A stretch of 64,000 nt of DNA. It comes from the human T2T-CHM13v2.0 reference genome, Homo sapiens. This document shows positions 15,831 through 32,339 of the stretch, in pieces. Below the pieces are notes generated by a model that worked only from the letters and a program-made list of their open reading frames with translations, had not been told where the DNA came from and searched no databases. The stretch lies in NCBI RefSeq assembly GCF_009914755.1, contig NC_060925.1. One strand, written 5' to 3'. Position 1 is the stretch's first letter. Each line of letters begins with the position of its first letter. The translations under genes were made by a program, and so were the position numbers.

Positions 15831-15915
15831 GGTGGAGACTCTGGGAAGTATTAGCGGGGGTCAGAGAGGATGGAGCTCAAGGTTCTGAGAAGGTGCTTTA
15901 GAAAAATGCTTGGGA

Positions 15916-16230
15916 GCTGGGCGTGGTGGTCCACGCCTGTAAACCCAGAACTTGGGGAGGCTGAGGTGGATGGATCACCTGAGGTCAGGAGTTCGAGACC
16001 AGCCTGGCCAACATGGTGAAACCCCATCTCTACTAAAAATACAAAAATTAGCTGGGTGTGGTGGTGTGCACCTGTAGTCCCAGCTACCCTACTCAGGAGG
16101 CTGAGGCAGGAGAATTGCTGAAACCCAGGAGGCGGAGGTTGCAGTGAGTCGAGATCGCACCACTGCACTCCAGCTTGGGCGATACAGTGAGACTCCTTCT
16201 CAAAAAACAAAACAAAACAAAAAAGGATAA
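15916..16230 (+). mobile_element. AluS-like SINE
   Basis: 16-bp TSD agaaaaatgcttggga at 15900-15915 and 16231-16246. Confidence 0.95.
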
Positions 16231-16799
16231 AGAAAAATGCTTGGGACTGGCTCAGACTCCCTTTCCCAGCTTTAATTAGAGCCATTCCACTTGTATCTGT
16301 TTTATATTTTGAAAATCCAGAGAGAATTTTTTTTGGGGGGGGGGTAGTGGGGAAAGGGGTCCTGCCACTAGGAACTATTTGAAAGCCTCATAGTCCACTC
16401 TGCATCACTTTTTTTTTTAACAGAAGGGGAAAACTGAGGCTCAGAGAGAGAAAGTTATTTACTGAGGTCCTGCAGCAAGTCTGAGGGAAGAACTGTTCTG
16501 AATCTGGGACTCCTAATGCCTAGTCCAGTGCTGGCTTGATTCCAACCTCCAGGGTCTTCCTGTGGCTGCCACCCCCAGCCTAGGATGGGTACGCTGCCCT
16601 CAGCCCCCTCCTTGGTTGGTGACATTGGCCCTGGCATCACTTGAGCTCAGCCCCCTGGAGTGGAATCTGCACAGGCTGCTCTCCCTAGGCTGAAGTGTTA
16701 ACTTCAGCCCCTCACCTTGGACTCAGCTTATCTGGGCTCTCAGGAGCTACAGTGTCCCCATGGTGACACGAGGAGCCTATGCCATCCACTGAGGTTATA

Positions 16800-17930
16800 T
16801 TCAGTCATTTATTCATCCAATTAACAAGTATTTATTGAGCTTCTACTATATGCAGGATATAGTGCTAAGTTCTGGGAAGATGGTGTTGTGTGATTTAAAT
16901 GAGTCCCTGCCCGCATGCATCTTAGTTACAGTCTAGTAGGGATGGTGGACAAATAAACAGTTGATTCCATTTGAAGATTGGTTTAGTCAGGGTAGGCCAA
17001 GTGTTGTAACAAACAATCCTAAAATTTCAGGAGCTTAATACAAAGTGGGATTTCTGGGCAGGTGGCTTTCTTCAGCTGCCCTCATCTAAGTGATTCAGGG
17101 ATTTAGGCTCCTTCTGTTGGTGGCTCTGCCCTTCTGTAGATCCTCAGAATCCTCTCCATTCAGCTGGAAGATGGGGACAATGAGCAAGCATGCAGGATCT
17201 TGTGGGAAGTCAAGGCCAGGCCTGGAATGGTATCCATCACTTCTGACCTTCTTCCATTGGCCAGAATTCAACAACATGGCCCCACCAACTCCAAAGGAGG
17301 CTGGGAAATGTAGTCTAGCTGTGTGACTGGGAAGAGAGGGAGATGTGGTTTGTTGAGCACACTGTAGTCTGTGCCAAAAGTGTGATCACTTCTAAGTTAG
17401 AGATAAGCTAGAAGTATTGTGGGGGCACCTCAGAAAAGCTTTGTAGGGTAGGTGACATCCGACCTGAGACCTGGAGAATGAATAGGAGTTGGCCAGGGGA
17501 AGAGGAGGGAGAGAAGTGTTCTTGCATAGGAGAAGGCTGAGCGTGATGTGTTAGGAGAACTAGAAGAGATATTCAATCTTGCTAGAGCTGAGCCTGGTGG
17601 CTGGGGAGGGCAGTGAGCCATGAGGCTGGACCAACAGTGGGATCTAGGCTTGAATGATTGTGACAATCAGGACATGGGAGCCAGGAAAGGGGAATGACAC
17701 AGTCAGATCAGCCACTGAGATAGATCTCTTTTGCTTCTGAGTAGAGGATGGACCAGAGGGTCAAGAGGTGGGAAGCTGCTGGAGTCTCCAGGTCGTGGGT
17801 GATGTGGCTAGACTGGGGAATGGTTGTGGTGTGGGAAGGAAACAATGCTATATAGAAGGAAGAAGAGAGAGGACCTGGTGATCCATCAGATGAAGGGGTG
17901 ATGAGGAAGTCTCAAGGACACTGCTGAGCT
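16800..17930 (-). mobile_element. L2 LINE fragments interrupted by an MLT1 LTR
   Basis: tcatttattcatcc...aacaagtatttattgagc; later gacatccgacctgagacctggagaatgaataggagtt. Confidence 0.7.
16979..17378 (-). mobile_element. MaLR solo LTR, MLT1I/J-like
   Basis: ttagtcagggtaggc...gtaacaaacaatcctaaaatttcag and ggctgggaaatgtagtctagc. Confidence 0.75.
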
Positions 17931-17944
17931 TATGTAGTTACAAC

Positions 17945-18162
17945 TTGGCTGGTTCCACCAGAGTGGTTGGCCACATCTGACCCACTAGCTGTTTTGTAAA
18001 TAAAGTTTTACTGGAACACGGACATGGCCATTCATGTATGCATTGTCTACAGCTGGTTTTATGCTGCGGCAGCACTTGTTTGTTGTGACAGAGACTGTAT
18101 GGTCCTCAAAGCCTAAAATATTTACCATCTTGCCCTTTACAGATCAGTTTGCTGACTCTTGA
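17945..18162. mobile_element. MER58A hAT-Charlie DNA transposon
   Basis: tgttttgtaaataaagttttactggaacac...aaagcctaaaatatttaccatc...ccctttacag. Confidence 0.85.
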
Positions 18163-19599
18163 GCTGAACAGTTTTTTATTTCAGTAAATTTATTAGAATG
18201 AGTTAAAATAGTATTATGCTTAGGCTGTCATTGCTTCATTCATTCATCTTCTATTTCCTGGCCCTCTTTGATGGTGCTGGCCCTGCCTGCCTGAGTCCAA
18301 ATAACTGTTCTGGTTGCTGCGGGCAGCAGTCTTAGAGGCAGATGCCTGCTTCTGCACCAGGGCGCATGCCTGTGGTGGGATCTGTAGCACACCTGGCTGA
18401 TGCTGTTGCTGGCCGAGATGTGGGGCCAGCCTGAGCCAAGCTGGCTTCTGGGGCTGGGTTGTTCGGGTCTTCTGGGGTGATCGCGTTTCCACGAAGTGAT
18501 TCTCAGACATGGTGTCGTTTACTCCTAATGACAGTCCCTGGGGGTCAACATTACCATGCCTCCATTGCGTGGATAGGAAACCAAGACTTGGAGAGATACT
18601 TGCTCAAGGCAAAAGGGCAGATGCAGACAGAGCTCTTCTGGGTCTGAGATGAAGATCCAGGAAAGGTGGTCTCAAGTCCTTCTCCCCCGAAGACCCAGGG
18701 CGCAGGACAAGAGTGTCCACTGCACCAGGACTCCTGGACCTCCCAGCCATCTGGCACCTCCTCTGTGTTGGTCCCAACCAGGGGTTACAGATGTGAGCTG
18801 GACAGTGTGGGAATGCAGCTTTGCAACAGTAATTAGTTTATTCCTGAGGTCAGCAGTCTAAATAGTAGAAAAATGTATTTCCTGTTCCAAGCCAAATAAG
18901 CAAGTGGCAGCCAGTTGGCCAGGTGCCACTGATGGGATTCCACCCGTGCATGTGCCTTGCCTTTGGCCACGAGTTTGGGCGGGAAAGCAGGAGAAAGATT
19001 GTCCCTTCACAGGTCCCGTCCTGCCCTTGACTGAGGACTTACTGGGAAGATTCCCACAGCTCAGGATCCTCCCAGGTAGTTCCAGGTTCCTGCTGTGACC
19101 GTGACCACTGAAGGGTGATGGATGTGCCAAGAAGGGCAGCGCCAAGGCAGGCTTTTCCCACTGGCACTCGCTCCGTGTGCCTGGCACAGCTCCTGGCACG
19201 TGGGTGATGATCAAGAGATTCGTGAATGCACGAATGAATGGGATGGTGCCAGCTTTTCAAGTGGAAGGAACTGGATGTGTAGCAGAGGCCACATCAGTGG
19301 ATGAGGGGGCAGAGCCGTTGTTTCGTTTTTGGGGTTTATTGAGGACATCAGAAACCACAGCCTTGGACCATTCCATTTGGTGCTGAAATAACCAGATGGC
19401 TGGATCCACCTTAGGCAAAGTGCTCCTGAATATATGGAGTTTTTTCAGGTATTCGGATGCTTCTTCTGTAATAGGTATGTCTGTAACCCTTCCACCTTTT
19501 GTTCATTCATTCGTTCATTTGTTCATTCATTCATTCATTTTTGCAGAGGTATTGCATGGTGGTTAGAAGTGAGGGAGGCAAGGAGGAAGATGCTTCATG

Positions 19600-20248
<649 letters not shown>

Positions 20249-22219
20249 ATGAATGACGTATGTTACACTCCCGATCCATAACTTCCATCCCATTCTTAAA
20301 ACCCTTTCTAATAAATAAATGCCATCATTTCTTCATTACAGGAATAGACTACCCTCTTCACCCTGAATATAGCTCGCCAAGCTCTTTTATAAAGGGCCCT
20401 CACCCTCCATAGGGCAGGGGAACACTCTTGTTTCTCCTATTTCTTCACATCTTCTGCCCAGTGAACTGAAAGCACAGAGAGGGTGAGCAACTCACCTAGG
20501 CTCACACAGCCAGATCAGATTCTAGTTGGGAGCTCGGAGGATCCTGGGGATCATTCCTCATGTGGGAGCTGACAATTCAGGAATCCCCAGTAGAGCAGTG
20601 GGTGGGTAGTCTGAATGCTGCCTCAGGGGGCCCCTCCAGGGACTCTCCGATTTGGTGACATGGTCCTTTTCCTGCTTGAGCACGTACTGCCACTGACTCC
20701 TGGGGCCACTTTCTGCTTGTGAGCAGAGCTGGACACTTGCTGCATGAGTCAAAGATGTGACTCAGGCCCAAGCAAAGATGTTCTGAAAAGTTTAGGGGAC
20801 CAGATGGGGCCCATGGATTAAGGGTCCTTCCTCGCCCCCTCATCTGCCGCTGGGCAGAACGTCACTGTCCCTCTATCCGGCAGGCTGCCCCTCTTTCTAG
20901 CCTCTTTGAGAATTCCACCTGAAACCCACAGAGACTTTCCACAGTCTACACTGTGGCACTCAGACAGCATTCTCTTCTAGAATCTTCTCCTTGGCCTCCA
21001 CTTAGCCTTCTGTCCTGGGCCTGAGAACCCACAGATTTCCATTCCAGGATCCTAGGGCTCATCGACATTGGTTTGGTGAAAGCTCACCTACTGTTCCCAC
21101 GTGTGGGAGCCTCATCACGCCTTCCCCTGTAACCATTAAAATGAGGTGAATGCCAATTTGCTTCTTCTATTTCTTTTATTAACAAGATATATGATTCTCT
21201 TTGCACCTGAATGGGTCTGTGGTAACTGAAATATAGAGTAACTGAAACCACCCTCAATTTTGTCTCCTTGCTGTCTCTCCTCCCTTCCCCTTTCCCATCT
21301 CTGTCTGGGTTGGGACCACGTGGTGCTGAGGAATTGAGATGTTGTAAATTACGGTCAGGGCTCCTGGGGGGCCTGGATCAGGCAGAAGCGAGCAGGGACC
21401 ACAGGCGGTGCTGGCTGCCGTCTTCCCTCCCTCCACTCCTGTCCAGTCTAGTAATGAAGGCTTTGCAAAGGAAGCAGCTGCCCAGAGCCAGATTGGGGGT
21501 TGAGGGACAGATTCCTGAGTCCCCCTTTCCCACCTCTCTCTCCTGGGTGGTGTCAGCAGCAGCGAATCCAGGGTGCGTGGCTCTGAGCCAGGCATGGGGC
21601 CCGGCCAGGTGGCTTGTCCATTGGCTTTGGAAATCCTGGAGGCAGTCCTTGCACCCTGTGTGTCTCTGTCACTTGTCAACTGTAGCAATAGACACGTTCC
21701 CTCCAATCCCCCACCCTCAAACCCCTTCCCGTGCCAGGGTGTCCCTCACTTTCAGGCCATGGGGAAGCGCAGAGCAGGCAGAGCCCGTGGCCAGGGAGCA
21801 ACACAGATTCGGTCCCCACTGTCTGGCATCTCCTGATCCGGGAGGAATTCGCCTGGAGAACAGAGCTTGGGCAGCTGGTGTGCTGTAACCGAGACGCAGC
21901 TGGTTGGCACGGGCTAGGGCCTTCTGATTGGGCCGCCGTGTTTGCAAGCTCCAAATCCTTGGCTCTCCTTGAACAACGAGGAATTCAGGATGCTGATCCC
22001 ACCGAGGATGAAAAGGCCACAGGCTCCCAGACACCCCACCCTCTTACTCCCCAGGGGGTGTTTGGCTGAAGCCACAGAAGAATGGAGACACAGTGGCTGG
22101 GGCAGGGGCAGGGGCAGAGGTGGGGGATACGGCTCCAGCCCGTGCGGACACTGCTACCTGGCGGGGAGATCTTGGCAGGAGCAGGGAGAGAGGCTGACGC
22201 GGGAGGGGCAGTCATTGCA

Positions 22220-22237
22220 GAGCGCCCACTACCGGCC
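22220..22237 (-). promoter_or_regulatory. Candidate CTCF core motif
   Basis: Minus strand GGCCGGTAGTGGGCGCTC versus consensus CC(A/G)(C/G)(C/T)AG(A/G)(G/T)GGC(A/G)C: one mismatch; CpGs retained. Confidence 0.4.
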
Positions 22238-23034
22238 GGGCAGCACTTGCCAGAGGTTGCTCCCTCAGGATCATATTGAATCCATACAGCCTTCTTTTGA
22301 AGTAGGTTTTAGGAACTTTCTGTTGAGGAAACTGAGGCCAGAGGGCTGCAGCTTGCCTGAAGGCCCCAGAGAGGCAGGACCTGTCTGGCATCCAGGCCAG
22401 GCTCACTGCTAAGATCGCCTTTAACACAGTCATGACAGGAATCCTGTCCTTCTCCTCCCTGCCTCCCCGGGATCTCTAAGGATTGTGACAAATTGAAAAT
22501 CCTATTAGTGTTCAATTAATGGGCTTTTCTTGTGGGGCAGCGGGCCGGAACGGCGGCCGAGGGCTGAGAGCATTCACCGGCAGAGGGTGTGGGCAGGGAG
22601 CGACGGTGGGCCTGTCTTTCCAGGGCCCCCCTCCTGCCTTTATTAACCAGCTCATCTCTCCAGCTGAGTGGCCTTTTATCTGAGAAGGGGCAAAGGCGCT
22701 TTGAACCTTGGAATTAAATTCTGCTGGGGCCTGGGACAAAGGATGGGGCCCTGAGTCGGCCGCCCCCTCCCTCATGGCCCCGACCTGGAAACATCTGAGG
22801 GCTTCGGGGCCGGGGGTGGTCGTCTCAGGTCTGTGACCCCAAGGGCAGGGGGCATGTGCCCAGCAGGGGTGGATGGGGCTTTGCGCTTTTCCAGGCTGTG
22901 AGAAGGCGCAGCAGGCTCGGAGCTGGCACGGAGGGGATTTTGGAGACTTCTGTCCACCCGCCGCATCCGTATGGCCTCTCCAGAGCTTTGGGCACATGCT
23001 AGTCCTCATTTGAGAATGGAGTGCCGCCTCTGGC

Positions 23035-23500
23035 CGGGCACTGTGTAGATTCTGGGGCTACAGCTGTGAACCAGACAGACCGCATTCCCGTCTCCTGGAG
23101 TTTGCATTCTAGTGAGTGGAGATAGAAGGCAACCCATCACATATCTGGTTCTGAAGAGTGCTGTGAAGGAAAATAAAGCAGACTGAGGAGACAGTGATGG
23201 AGGTGGTCAGGGAAGGCCCCCGGGAGGAGATGACATTTGTGTGAAGGCCTGAACGAAGTGTGAGGGAGTTGTGTGGATGTTGGAGGTGGCCAGGAGTAGG
23301 GACTGGGGCAGAGAGAACAGCAAATGTGGACACTTTGAGACCAGAGCGTGGCTGGGAGTTGGAGGAAGAGCAAGGAGGTCTGAGTGGTTGGAGTAAGGGA
23401 GCAGGGTAGGGGGAGGAGAGAGAGAGAGAAAGAAGAGGCAGGGAGGAGACTGAAGAGCATGGCGGGGGCTGCCTTCCCTTCAAATCTTAGGAGGTCGGGG
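23035..23500 (-). mobile_element. L2 fragment
   Basis: gggcactgtgtagattctgggg...ctcctggagtttgcattctagt...tcagggaaggcccccgggaggagatgacatttg. Confidence 0.75.
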
Positions 23501-23509
23501 TAGGAAGGA

Positions 23510-23900
23510 AGTTCCATATTCATCCCCCATTTCATAGTTCAGAAAACGGGGCGAGGTGAGGACGGGAATCATTCAGAGTTACATAGCGAGGTAGTGGCAA
23601 GAAGGGAACCAGATATGGGTCTCTTAACTTCCAGTCCGGTGCCTCCCAGACAGCAGTGGAATAAATGCAATACAAATTATAAGTATGATTTATTGAACGC
23701 TTATGTAATGGCAGGCTCTTTGCTAAGCCACACTTACATACATTGGGTCATATATTGTCTATTTACCTATATTAGCCTCTAGAGAACTATTGTGTACCCA
23801 TGATACAGATGTGAAGCTGAGGCTTAGAGAAATCAAGATGACTGGAAAAGCTGGGATTGAGCCCAGCCTGCCCAATTTCAGAGCATCTCCTGTATCATTC
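23510..23900 (-). mobile_element. Two MIR fragments
   Basis: ccccatttcatag and acagatgtgaagctgaggcttagaga cores. Confidence 0.55.
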
Positions 23901-25174
23901 CAGGCTCCAAGTCCCATGGGGAGGGTTTAGCCCGGCCCTGCTGTGGGACAGGCCACATGATTTCCTATGGATGAGCTTATCTGTCCGTTTCCAACACCGG
24001 ACCGCGGACTTCTGGAGGACAGGAAGGGGTTGCTCTCATCTCTGACCCCAGTGCCAGCCCTTTTGCTGGATCTTGAAATCAAGTGTGGGGTCTCCGATGT
24101 GATCACTGCCTCTCAGAGCCCAGTGTGTGCCGTTTCTGCCTGTTGCCGTTCCTGCAGCATCTCCCTTCTGTTGCTGCTTCTGACTGGTGCCGCCCCACCT
24201 TGGCTGCTAGGGTGGGAGCAGCCAGGGAAGGGTGAGAGGCCAGAGCCACAACGCCGTTTCCTCCTCTGTGACCCCAGCCCGGGCCCAGCTCAGACTCTGT
24301 GTCCAGTGTTAGTTTGAATGAAGGGACCGTGCATTGTATGTGTTCTGGGGAGGGGATTAGGTACAGAGTGAGCAAGGAGAGAAACAGGTGGAGGAGGCCA
24401 AAGAGGGAGCTCTGTCCCTGCCGAGGCTGAAGCTGTGATGCCAAGAAGGATGAATGCAGAGGACAACCCAGACACGGGTGGAGGCAGAAAGGGATGCACA
24501 GATACAGGGACCCCCAGAGAGGCAGGGAGACTGGGGGAGGCAGGTGCGAGGCCATTGCCGTGGGAGGATCGGCTTCCCAGAAGGAGGGACCTGTAAGCCA
24601 AGCTTTTCAGTAAGACCTAGGTGTGGGCAGGAAATGAGCAGGGATGGGCTGGTCAGGAAGCACTCGGAGGAGGCAGTGAGCAGGGCTTGTTTGTGGGGGG
24701 AAGAGGATGCCCCTGGGCAGAGGCTGAGGGGCATGTGTGAGGGGAGAGGGCGCTGCTGGTGGGTGGGCTGGGAAGGAGGGAGGCATCAAAGGCCAGGAAG
24801 CCAGGAGTTTGGATTTCAAAATTCCCAGTTCCCTACATCTCATCCCCCTGAGCTGTAAGTGCAGGAAGTGTGGCCCAAGGTCCTCTGGTCCCCGCAAAGA
24901 TCGAATGTCAGGCTGAACGTAGGTGCTGGTGATAGGAGTATGAAATCCTGGGGACCCTTGGACACCCTGATTCCTCATCTGACCACGTGCTCTGGTGGAC
25001 AGTCTGGCCAGTAGGGTCAGGGGGATTGTGTCTTCATCACCGGATGCTCCTGCCTTTCCTCTCTATTCCTGCTACGGCTCAGGTTCCAAACTCCTGATTT
25101 CTCACCTGTCACAAGCATCCCTAACTACTCCCTGCATCCAGTAGCTTCCAGCCAATCCAGTCTCCAATCTGTAG

Positions 25175-25800
<626 letters not shown>

Positions 25801-25819
25801 TGCCAGAAGGGTTTTCTAA

Positions 25820-26295
25820 AGCACAATCTGACCTAAAACCTTCTGTGATTCCCTAGAACCCACAGGATGGGTACTTGTGTGACATGGCCCTGTCTACCCC
25901 TCCAACCCCAGTATCACCCTTCCCCATCTCAAACCTTTGCTCTGGCCAGCAGGAATCACGGTTCAGCTTTGTTTTAGCATGCTGTTCCTTCTACAGAATG
26001 TCCTTTCCTTACCTTGTCCACTGGGGAACTTCTATACTTCAAAGCAGAATTCTGTTGTCCCTCATTCCAGGAAGGCTTCCCCACAACCCCCATGCTGTTC
26101 CTGGAGCCCCCCAGTCCTCCCTAGGATGGCGCACATGTAGCGCTTTGCCCTGTAGTGGTTGGGATACTCGTCCCTTCCCTTTTAAATAGCGAGCCCCAAG
26201 CAGGCAGGGCCATGTGTGATTTACTTGTGTATCTGCAAAGCCTGGTAGCAGGCCTTGTGCAAACTCTTGCTCTTAGGAAATGGTTGAATGCATGA
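25820..26295 (+). mobile_element. L2 3' fragment
   Basis: gctgttccttctacagaatgtcctt...gggccatgtg...aaatggttgaatg. Confidence 0.6.
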
Positions 26296-27149
26296 AGACT
26301 GGGGGCTGTGGGAGCCTGGCGGGGACCTCTGGGCCTAACCTGGGGGATGTGGGTCCTGGAGCTCCCAGGCTGGGCACCGGGATGGGGCAAGGCAGGAACT
26401 CAGCCTTTTCCTGGGGAGGTTATTTTGGTCATGGCAAATAAACCCCTTTGGAAAATGTGACCAGTTTCTGATCCCCGTGTCTTCACTCCTGACGCCCTCT
26501 TTTCAGCGTGTAACGAAGGCAGCAGCCTCTGTTAATAAAGAATAATTATGGGGCTGGATTAGAGAGATTATCGGGAACAGGTGGAGCCCCTCGCCCCACC
26601 CGTTCTGCCCGCTGTCGGCGGCAAAGATGAGCTCACAGTTTCCCTCTCTCCGGGGAGGATGTGCCGCTGGGGGCCTCCCAGCCACGCTAATCCTCTGGGG
26701 AGGGGAGAGAATCCTCCACCAGTCGCTTCCCACCGAGTTCCAGGTGGGATTCCAGGGGATCAGTGGAAAAGGGTATCCCCAGCACCCTGGGGTCCCCACT
26801 GCTACCTTCCCACCCCTACTTAAGAAGGCAGGAAGACAGAAGATGAGAGGGGTTGGAGGGGAAAGCCCCCCGCTCAAGGTGGCTGGTCCCAGCTCTGTCC
26901 CTGGCCCCAGGCTGGGCAACGTGGGCCACTGCTCCTGTCTCTGGGCTACAGCTTCCCTATGTATGATAAGCAGCTGGGCTACACCAGCCTTTCCCGAGCT
27001 GGGCTCTGAAGAAATCAGTTCTAGTTTTTTAATATCTAAGGACTCTGGGAATAAGTCCTGTGATCCCTTTTGGAAGATGAACTTGGAGAAACTATGGCAG
27101 AAGGACTGAGGACTGACCAGGGAATTAAACCCATTTGTCTCCAAGTCTA

Positions 27150-29350
<2,201 letters not shown>

Positions 29351-29353
29351 AAA

Positions 29354-29623
<270 letters not shown>

Positions 29624-30494
29624 TTAAAGATGAGTAGGAGTTGGGCGGGTAAAAAGATGCCAGGGTAATAAACAGATGCAAAGCTGTTCAAGCATACTCA
29701 TATCAAGGAAGCATGAACTCAAATATTTTGTTGTTGTTCTTGGCTCATTCATTTGGCAGAAGTGAAAATGACTTTTAATCTTCAGGGCAGAATTTAGACT
29801 TCATCCTGACAACAATAGGAGCCCTGGACTAGCTGTGAGCAGGTGAGTGAGTGGAGGTTGAATTAGGGGCTGAGGCTGGATACAGGAGGCCAGGAGGAGG
29901 TGGAGTGGTCATCTAGGCAACACTTAGGTGCTGGACTGTAGGCAAGGCAGTGGGAATGGGGAGGAGAGGGTGCTTGAAAAGCTTTTGGATGGTGGAATTG
30001 GCAGCCATGGAGCTGAGTAGACCAGGCGGGTGGAGGCGGGGAAGCTGGCCCTGGTGCGGGTTGAGGTCGGCCAGCCTCTTGAGGGACTCTAGACCCAGGC
30101 CTGAGACTGTTTACTCAGGGAGCCGGTCGCCGTCTCTGCTGCTGGACAGCTCTTCTGCCTCACCAGTGTTTGCCCTGTGTTCAGTCCACCTCTGCTCATG
30201 ATGCAGACGGTGCTGAGTGAGTAAGTGACTTGCTAGAGTCCCCTCCGCAGAGCTCAGTCAGCCTCTCCCAGGGCACCTCTCTGCCTGCTCTAGGCCACAT
30301 GTTTTGTTCCCTCTGTTCATGACAGCTTGGGACTGGAGGCTACAGCAGGTGTTGCCTAGAGCCCAGATCAGACACCTGTGTGTCACCATACGTTACGAGG
30401 GCGCTGGGAGTCTCCTGAAGCTGTCAAAATTCTACCAGTGGCCCCTTGACCTGGGCAGTCAGAGGTGGGGTGAGCTCCTCTGAGGTCTCTGCCC

Positions 30495-30959
30495 CAGTCT
30501 CTGAAGGCTGACATCAAGGTGTCTGCTGGGCTGGGCTTTGATCTGGAGGATCTGGAGAGAATCCACCTCCAAGCTTATTCAGGTCATTGCCAAATTCAGT
30601 GCCTTGCAACTGTAGGACTGAGGTCCTACCTTCTTGCTGGAGGTTGGCGGGGGTCCCTCTCAGCTCCTGGGGCCCCTTGTGTGGGCCCCCATCTCTGCAA
30701 GGGCAGGGGTGGCTCCCTGTGTCTGCCTCCATGGTGCTTCGTCTCTCCGATTTCTGCCCAGCAACTGGAGAAAGCTCGGCTTTGAAAGGGCTCATGTAGT
30801 TAGACTTGGCCCACTTGGATCATCTCCCTCTTGCCATATGATGGAAGAGGATCATGGGAGTTATATCTGATCATATTCCTGGGCTCCACCCACACTCAGA
30901 GGGGTGGAGGTGACATAAGGGTCATTTGGGATCATTCTTAGACCTCTGCCAACTACACA
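30495..30959 (-). mobile_element. MaLR solo LTR, MLT1E-like
   Basis: atcaaggtgtctgctgggct, gaatccacctccaagcttattcagg, terminus cttagacctctgccaactacaca. Confidence 0.75.
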
Positions 30960-31004
30960 TATGCACATGTATACACCCATGCATGTGTAATAAGAATAAG
31001 AATG

Positions 31005-31717
<713 letters not shown>

Positions 31718-32339
31718 TGAAAGGCGTGGTGTGCCTAACGGCCCTCTGGGGATCCGGTTACCCATGGCTGTGGCTTCTCAACCAGGTGATTAATTGCCCG
31801 GCACTGCCTTGCCCGGTCAGCTCCCAAGGCCTCCTGCCCTCTTATTAAAAACATCCCTTGATGTTATCCCGCTAGGGAGATCAATGGAGGCAGCCGAGGG
31901 GAGTTGGGCTGCTGGGGGACGGGGGTCTCCTTGGCCTCTCCCTGGTGCCCACCTCGCTTCCTTGGTGCTCAGCTTCCTGGGAGCCAGCTGGAGTTGAGCT
32001 TCCCAAAGAGGCTTCCTGAGGCTGGGTCCTGCCTGGCTGGGGTTCGCGTAGCATGGTCAGTGTGACCGGGCAGCTGGGCTGGTGGCCGAGGTCAGAGAGG
32101 GACAGAGGAGTTGAGCCTGTGCTTTGGGGCCTTGGGAAGCTGAAAAGGGTCTGGAGTTGTCCTTCTCACCCCAGCCCCTTCTAGGCGTCCTGACCTCAGA
32201 TCATCTTGGGTTTGCTTCTGAACTTGTCTTTTGACTTGACCTCTAGCGTCTCTGGGTCCTCCTGTATAAAACAGGGAGAGAGGGGCCTCTCTTGCAGGTC
32301 CTGAAGGTCATTTGCCTTCTCAAAATTCCTTGTCTTTTG

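Noticed and set aside
22130-23050. Possible CpG-island promoter
   Set aside because: CpGs are only locally and modestly elevated, with no sustained island or first-exon structure evident.
26503-27144. 213-aa minus-strand ORF in unique DNA
   Set aside because: Starts at a non-ATG codon, has no recognisable domain, and overlapping ORFs on both strands point to GC-driven stop scarcity.
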